DNA of 64,000 nt, taken from Gammaproteobacteria bacterium (GTDB lineage: Bacteria; Pseudomonadota; Gammaproteobacteria; CAJXQU01). The notes under the pieces were generated by a model, which saw nothing but the letters and a program-made list of their open reading frames with translations, did not search any database and was not told the origin of the DNA. Where the stretch lies: positions 2,560,001 through 2,624,000 of the forward strand of contig CBDEGZ010000003.1 in the NCBI GenBank assembly GCA_965238175.1, given 5' to 3'. This document shows, in pieces, positions 58,218 to 64,000 of this stretch. Within the stretch, counting starts at the first letter, position 1. Each line of letters starts with the position of its first letter. Position numbers and translations under genes: made by a program.

Positions 58218-61200
58218 ATGAACTCTAGGAATTTAATCATGATAAATCTAATATCAAAAGTAAAACCATTAGCAGCAGCGACTTTTGCAGTTTTGATCTT
58301 GTCGTTCTCTCTTTATTTGCCACAAGTGAAGGCAGACGACACGGAAGTGTTTCTTTCTTCCGGCAGTGCGGCAAATGTGCTGTTTATTTTTGATCTATCT
58401 GGAAGTATGGATGAAGACACAAGTGAGCGCTGCTCAAATAATAATATTACCCCAAGCGGTGGTTATAACGGTGGAGGCTACGGTACTTGCAATGGGACGA
58501 AACGTCGTTATCAAGCGATGATGGATGCGTTAGTGACCGTTTTAAGCAACCTAAAGGATCGACCCAACTTACGTGTTGGTTTGAGTCTATTTGGAATGAA
58601 ACGTGGAAGCCGAAATACTAACGCTTCTGGTATTCGTTGGCCAATAAGACAGATCACAGAAGATGCAAATTTAACGGACTCTAATATCCCTACCGGCACT
58701 TATCAAACCCATGGTGTCATACTTCAACACCTTGCTAACATGAGCGACAGCAATGGCATACTCTATAATGGTTATAGTTGGAATGGTAGCAATTATGTTA
58801 CAACTCCAGGAGAGCTAGCAGGTGCAGGTACTTCGATTGTCGCTGCCCTATATGAAGCAGCGTTGTATTTTAAGGGTGATAGAGTAACTTCAGGGTTTGG
58901 TGCTTTTCAACCTCCAACATGGAATGTAAACCGTTCACGCTTCCAATATGACTCTGGGTACTTGACCTATAACTCTTCTTGTCTTTGCTGGATTCTTACA
59001 GCGAGTAATGGCACGTCTTTTTCAGCACATCGATCAACCTATACACCCGCCACTGCCTGGAATCCAAGCTTCAATACATTTGATCCTAATGCGACTTATC
59101 AAAGCCCGATCGTTGATAGTTGTGATAAAAATTATATCGTTCTGTTGTCTGATGGTGCACCGAATGGAGATGCCGCTATATCACAAATACAAGCAATGAT
59201 TGGTAGAACCTGCCAAGATAATGTCGGCAGATGTGGCCGTGAAATCGTAGAATATCTTGCAAATACCAATCTGAGATCAGCCCAGGGAATAACTCCGAGT
59301 AATGTAGTAACGCATACTATTGGTTTTAACATAGACGGTGATGCACAAACCTTTATGCAAGATTTAGCTACAAATGGCGGCGGTAGTTTCTACTCAGCAA
59401 ATAATACCCGCTCATTAGTAGACAGTTTAACGCTAATTTTAGATGTCATCGATAGTGAGAATGATACATTTACCGGTCTTTCGAGTTCTGTCAATGCAGG
59501 TGAGTTAGCTTCAGACAACCGTGTTTTCACAAGTATCTTCAAACCTTCTGAAAAACGCTCTTGGATCGGGAATACCAAGGGTTACTTTATTGATGGCACA
59601 AATGGACTCGTTGACGTGAATGGAGCAGTTGCTACTATCACAGACTCAACAGCTGAAGAGTACGGCAAATTCAAAGAAAATGCACAAAGCTTTTGGTCTA
59701 CAACAGCTGATGGCGGGAATGTTGACGTTGGTGGTCTGGCTGGAAAACTAAGGACGGGCAACCGAAACGTCTATACGACTGCACCTGGCGGAACAACACT
59801 TGTCGATATAGCACATAACAGCATTACTTTTGATCAGTTTAATCTGACAAATACCAATCAGAGGACAACTTTACTTAATTGGTTAGACAACGAAGCTCCA
59901 ATGGGCGATCCATTGCATGCAGCTTCAGTTATGATTCCTTATAGTAGTGGCCAGGACGTTCTCTTCACAATGACAAATCAGGGCGTATTACACATTTTTG
60001 ATGTAAGCAATCCAACCCAATATGGTGATACATCCGGTGGTACAGAACTTTCAGCTTTTATACCTCAATCTCTATTACCTAATCTTGAAAGACATAGGTT
60101 AAATATCGATGACAGCAATCATTTATATGGTCTTGATGGATCTATTTCCTACTTGAAAGAAAACGGAAGAACCTATCTTTACTTTGGAATGCGTCGAGGT
60201 GGCAATCAATACTTCGCACTGGATGTTACCAATCCTTCAGCACCAAAATTCCTCTGGCAGATCGATGGTGGCGCTGGAAGCTTTAGTTCACTTGGGCAAA
60301 CATGGTCTCGGCCTATAGTAACCTCAATTCACTGGGCTGGCGCTTCTAACCGAAAAGTTCTCATCTTCGGCGGAGGCTACAATGTGGCACAAGACGGTTA
60401 CACAACAAGAACTCAAGACACAGTTGGTAATGCTGTTTATATTGTCGATGCTAAAACGGGAGAGAAACTCTGGTCAGTAGGATCAGACGCTTCAAACTCT
60501 GCTGTTGTACCACAAATGGCCTACAGTATCCCTTCTGATCTAACCATCATTGATGCGGATGATGATCAACATGCTGATCGCATATACTTCGGTGATATGG
60601 GAGGGCAGATCTGGCGGATTGATCTTACAACAACTAGTTCTTTGACTAGTTTAAGCACATATCGTTTAGCTGATTTAGCCGCCGGTTCAGAAACTAACCC
60701 GGCCGATTTACGTCGCTTTTATAGTCCACCTAGTGTTGCTCTGATTAATGATTCTGGGTCTTTTCATTATGCAGTTGCCATTGGTTCAGGTTACCGTGCC
60801 CATCCTAAGGCTACTGGTGTAAATGATCGCTTTTACATGTTGAAAGATACCATTCTTGATTCAAATGGTAGTGGACCCAACAGCTGGAGAATGCTCACTG
60901 AATCTAACCTTTACAATACAACGAGTAACATTATTGGAGAAGGCGACTCTGCAGATAAGACCCGAGCCTTAGACATTTTGAGTAGTAAAAAAGGTTGGTA
61001 TTTAGAATTAGCCAGCACGGGCGAAAAAGCATTATCCCCTTCCTTGATTTTTAATAATCAATTGGTTTTCACGACCTATGTTCCATCAACTTCAGGCCTG
61101 AGCTGTGATGTCGCTGCAGGTAATGGCAGGTTGTACCTAGTTAATCTCACAGATGCTACACCTGTTAAAGATTTTGTACCATCAGTAACAGCGCCTGGTG

Positions 61201-61376
61201 GAAGTACCCTTACAGCTCAAGATCGGAGCATCGGTACACCTGGGGTGGGTATACCGGGAGCACCTGTCCCTTATTTCCCACCTGGTAAAGGTGAATTGAA
61301 TATATATGTAGGCACTGAAAATATCACAAATATGGATAATCCAATAACAAGGATAAATTGGAAAGTCATAGAGTAA
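58218..61376 (+). CDS. pilY1: Type IV pilus tip adhesin PilY1
   Basis: vWA MIDAS DLSGSM / LSDG; beta-propeller motifs GLDG, GMRRGG..Y.ALD, LGQTWS; Ca-binding loop DADDDQHAD. Confidence 0.92.
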   Translation: MNSRNLIMINLISKVKPLAAATFAVLILSFSLYLPQVKADDTEVFLSSGSAANVLFIFDLSGSMDEDTSERCSNNNITPSGGYNGGGYGTCNGTKRRYQAMMDALVTVLSNLKDRPNLRVGLSLFGMKRGSRNTNASGIRWPIRQITEDANLTDSNIPTGTYQTHGVILQHLANMSDSNGILYNGYSWNGSNYVTTPGELAGAGTSIVAALYEAALYFKGDRVTSGFGAFQPPTWNVNRSRFQYDSGYLTYNSSCLCWILTASNGTSFSAHRSTYTPATAWNPSFNTFDPNATYQSPIVDSCDKNYIVLLSDGAPNGDAAISQIQAMIGRTCQDNVGRCGREIVEYLANTNLRSAQGITPSNVVTHTIGFNIDGDAQTFMQDLATNGGGSFYSANNTRSLVDSLTLILDVIDSENDTFTGLSSSVNAGELASDNRVFTSIFKPSEKRSWIGNTKGYFIDGTNGLVDVNGAVATITDSTAEEYGKFKENAQSFWSTTADGGNVDVGGLAGKLRTGNRNVYTTAPGGTTLVDIAHNSITFDQFNLTNTNQRTTLLNWLDNEAPMGDPLHAASVMIPYSSGQDVLFTMTNQGVLHIFDVSNPTQYGDTSGGTELSAFIPQSLLPNLERHRLNIDDSNHLYGLDGSISYLKENGRTYLYFGMRRGGNQYFALDVTNPSAPKFLWQIDGGAGSFSSLGQTWSRPIVTSIHWAGASNRKVLIFGGGYNVAQDGYTTRTQDTVGNAVYIVDAKTGEKLWSVGSDASNSAVVPQMAYSIPSDLTIIDADDDQHADRIYFGDMGGQIWRIDLTTTSSLTSLSTYRLADLAAGSETNPADLRRFYSPPSVALINDSGSFHYAVAIGSGYRAHPKATGVNDRFYMLKDTILDSNGSGPNSWRMLTESNLYNTTSNIIGEGDSADKTRALDILSSKKGWYLELASTGEKALSPSLIFNNQLVFTTYVPSTSGLSCDVAAGNGRLYLVNLTDATPVKDFVPSVTAPGGSTLTAQDRSIGTPGVGIPGAPVPYFPPGKGELNIYVGTENITNMDNPITRINWKVIE

Positions 61377-61407
61377 ATAGTTTAGTCAACGAAACAGACT
61401 CTAAATA

Positions 61408-61848
61408 ATGGAAAACAAAATAGGATCTAAAATGCATAGAAAACAAACTGGTTTTACACTCATTGAGATGATGATCGTTGTCGCTATTATGGGTATTTTA
61501 GGGGCTATCGCACTACCGGCATACCAGGATCAAATCCGAAAAAGCAAACGTGCCGAAGGACAAAACCTTTTGCTCGATGCAGCGAGTAAGCAGCAACGTT
61601 ATTTTTCGGACAATATTGGTTTTGCGAGCAGGATGAGTGAGCTTGGTTATGCGGCTGACTCTGTAACGTCTACCTCGGAGGCGTATACAGTTACCGTAGA
61701 TCGGGCTGCAGCTGATGGCAGTAGTTTTACCTTACTTGCAACCGCATTGAACGATCAAATAAACGATGGCTGTAAAAACCTGACACTCACAAGTACTGGT
61801 GTAAAAGGTCGATCTGGGACAATACCACTAAAGGAATGTTGGAAGTAA
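61408..61848 (+). CDS. pilE: Type IV minor pilin PilE
   Basis: [27 protein letters not shown]...G.K, terminal CW. Confidence 0.92.
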   Translation: MENKIGSKMHRKQTGFTLIEMMIVVAIMGILGAIALPAYQDQIRKSKRAEGQNLLLDAASKQQRYFSDNIGFASRMSELGYAADSVTSTSEAYTVTVDRAAADGSSFTLLATALNDQINDGCKNLTLTSTGVKGRSGTIPLKECWK

Positions 61849-61859
61849 GTAAACAACTA

Positions 61860-61889
61860 ATAGCCTTACAGGAGGATCTGTAAGGCTAT
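61860..61889 (+). terminator. Hairpin after pilE (probable terminator)
   Basis: Perfect 12-bp stem atagccttacag-gaggat-ctgtaaggctat. Confidence 0.7.
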
Positions 61890-62004
61890 ATTATCTCAAT
61901 TCAATAGCACTATAAGTTATATACCTATTGTATTTTATTCCTTCTAAGAATATGAAACTACTGATATCTTTAATGGATTAATATACTAACTTTATGGCTT
62001 CTGA

Positions 62005-63660
62005 ATGTATCAATACGACCAATATGACCAAAGAGCAGTCGACGAACGTGTCGAACAATACCGTGAACAGACTCGACGTTACCTGGCTGGTGAACTATCT
62101 GAAGAAGAATTCAAACATCTACGCCTTCGTAATGGATTATATATCCAAACTCATGCCCCAATGCTTAGAGTTGCAATCCCTTACGGTACGCTTTCTTCAA
62201 AGCAAATGCGCATGCTCGCTCATATTGCCCGCGAATACGATAAAGATTATGGCCATATAAGTACCCGGCAAAATATTCAATATAACTGGCCACAGCTTGA
62301 ACGTGTCCCTGATATTTTGGCAGATCTTGCAACTGTTCAAATGCATGCGATCCAGACCAGTGGAAATTGCATTCGTAACACAACCACAGATCATTTAGCT
62401 GGCGTTGCCTCAGATGAAATAGAAGATCCAAGACCTTACTGCGAAATTGTCCGTCAATGGTCTACTTTCCATCCAGAATTTAATTGGTTACCACGTAAAT
62501 TCAAAGTCGCTTTCACAGGTGCTGAGAATGACCGCGCCGCAGTACAGTTACATGATATAGGTATCTATATCGTAAAAAATGATCAAGGAGCAGTAGGCTT
62601 TAAAATTCTGGTCGGTGGCGGTATGGGACGCATGCCTATTATCGGCGAAGTAATCAGAGAGTTTCTTGAGAAAAAACACCTCCTTTCTTATTTGGAAGCC
62701 ATTTTACGGATCTACAATCTTGAAGGACGTCGAGACAATATTCATCGAGCTCGCATCAAGGTGCTTGTAAAATCACTTGGTATCGATACATTTCGTGAGA
62801 AAGTAGAAAAGGAATGGGAGTCTATAAAAGGTTCAGCCTTGCTTCTAGAACAAAAAGAAATTGATCGCGTATCAGCATTTTTTACTAAACCCGATTATGA
62901 TCAAAATGTTGATTCAGAACAATTTAACCAACAAGTAAATTCTGATCCTTTCTTCAATGCCTGGATTAAGAACAACACTGTCGTGCATAAAGTAAATGGT
63001 TATCGATCAGTTTATGTATCACTAAAAGCTCACGGTATTGCGCCGGGCGATATAACCGATGTGCAAATGGATGCGGTTGCCGATGTTGCTGATCTATATG
63101 GTTACGGTGAACTTCGCACAACGCACGATCAAAATATTGTTCTACCAGATGTAAAAGAATCAGATCTCTATTCACTCTGGAAAACACTTCAAAAATATGA
63201 ATTAGCAACAGCGAATATTGGAACACTCAACGATATGATCTGTTGCCCTGGCCTGGATTTCTGTTCACTTGCTAATGCCAGCTCAATTTCGATTGCAGAT
63301 CAAATCAACGAAAAGTTTGATGATATGGATTATCTGCATGACTTAGGTTCAATCAAACTTAAAATGTCCGGTTGTATGAATGCATGTGGTCATCACCATG
63401 TTGGGCATATTGGCATTCTTGGTGTCGATAAAAAAGGAACAGAATTTTATCAATTCACATTAGGTGGATCGGCCGAAAATATTTCCCGACTAGGTGATCG
63501 TTTAGGCCCAGCAATCGGCAAAGAAAATGTGGCAGAAACAATTGGAAATATTCTTGATGTTTATGTCGAACAGCGACAGAATAGCGAAGAAACATTCTTA
63601 CAAACATATTTACGCCTAGGAATTGAACCGTTCAAAGAACGTGTTTATGCACAAGTATAA
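62005..63660 (+). CDS. cysI: Siroheme sulfite/nitrite reductase hemoprotein (CysI/Sir type)
   Basis: LRLRNGLY, TRQNIQ.NW, LPRKFK, CPGLDFC, SGCMNACGHHH. Confidence 0.9.
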   Translation: MYQYDQYDQRAVDERVEQYREQTRRYLAGELSEEEFKHLRLRNGLYIQTHAPMLRVAIPYGTLSSKQMRMLAHIAREYDKDYGHISTRQNIQYNWPQLERVPDILADLATVQMHAIQTSGNCIRNTTTDHLAGVASDEIEDPRPYCEIVRQWSTFHPEFNWLPRKFKVAFTGAENDRAAVQLHDIGIYIVKNDQGAVGFKILVGGGMGRMPIIGEVIREFLEKKHLLSYLEAILRIYNLEGRRDNIHRARIKVLVKSLGIDTFREKVEKEWESIKGSALLLEQKEIDRVSAFFTKPDYDQNVDSEQFNQQVNSDPFFNAWIKNNTVVHKVNGYRSVYVSLKAHGIAPGDITDVQMDAVADVADLYGYGELRTTHDQNIVLPDVKESDLYSLWKTLQKYELATANIGTLNDMICCPGLDFCSLANASSISIADQINEKFDDMDYLHDLGSIKLKMSGCMNACGHHHVGHIGILGVDKKGTEFYQFTLGGSAENISRLGDRLGPAIGKENVAETIGNILDVYVEQRQNSEETFLQTYLRLGIEPFKERVYAQV

Positions 63661-63682
63661 ATAAAGCTTATGAGAAAAGATC

Positions 63683-64000
63683 ATGAACGTAATTAAAAAC
63701 CGACAAATAGTAGAAATTGATTGGGCTTTCAGTGAACAAATAAATGCTCAAGGAAATCTGATATTTGGTTACGAAACATATAAAGAAAATAAACAAAGCT
63801 TTTTTTCTCGCGAAGGAAAAACCGGTATCGCTCTCAATGGTGATATTAGCATTGAGAAGATAGAAGCTGACTTTAAAAAGTTTGATCTTATTGCACTAGA
63901 ATTCCCAACCTTCGCTGATGGTCGCTGTTTTTCTTACGCAAGCTTATTAAGAAATACGCACAAATTTCAAGGAGACATACTCGCTTTTGGAGATATTCTA
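63683..64000 (+). CDS. DUF934 family protein (sulfite reductase partner), truncated by window end
   Basis: Translated by hand from ATG 63683: ...IALEFPTFADGRCFSYASLLR...F.GDI.AFGDIL. Confidence 0.85.
   Translation, partial: MNVIKNRQIVEIDWAFSEQINAQGNLIFGYETYKENKQSFFSREGKTGIALNGDISIEKIEADFKKFDLIALEFPTFADGRCFSYASLLRNTHKFQGDILAFGDIL

Noticed and set aside
1-64000. CRISPR arrays, tRNA/rRNA genes, prophage, integron attC arrays, reverse transcriptases, defence systems
   Set aside because: No regularly spaced repeats, RNA-gene signatures or corresponding proteins seen by eye; a covariance-model search was not run

Overview
AT-rich gammaproteobacterial chromosome segment, probably from a methylotroph or a formaldehyde-detoxifying organism. 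From left to right: a cobalamin-salvage group (Dph6-like ATPase, BtuF-like protein, BtuM, CobO); a CusCBA heavy-metal efflux operon preceded by a Cys-rich leader ORF with an RAPP motif; rlmB and ffh; a decayed patch with a complete IS481-family element inside a small gene; a large tetrahydromethanopterin/methylofuran C1-transfer cluster (orf21, pabB, orf9, orf1, orf17, fae, orf7, orf5, mch, orfY, mtdB, mptG, fhcBADC) with a BicA-like SulP transporter inside it; a 2.7-kb islet bounded by a duplicated fhcC 3' end; mixed genes (redoxin, PiT, MscS-like, Smr, roadblock, rhomboid, USP, SPL-like radical SAM pair); an exported beta-lactamase-fold serine enzyme and an apparently exported glucan-water-dikinase-like protein separated by a TPR gene; trmL, pyrD; the type IV minor pilin operon fimT-pilVWXY1E; sulfite reductase and DUF934. 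The best candidates for an undescribed system are (1) the signal-peptide-bearing His-before-ATP-grasp dikinase with its PBP-like neighbour and (2) the RAPP/CxxC leader ORF upstream of cusCBA. All calls come from reading motifs by eye; no searches were run.
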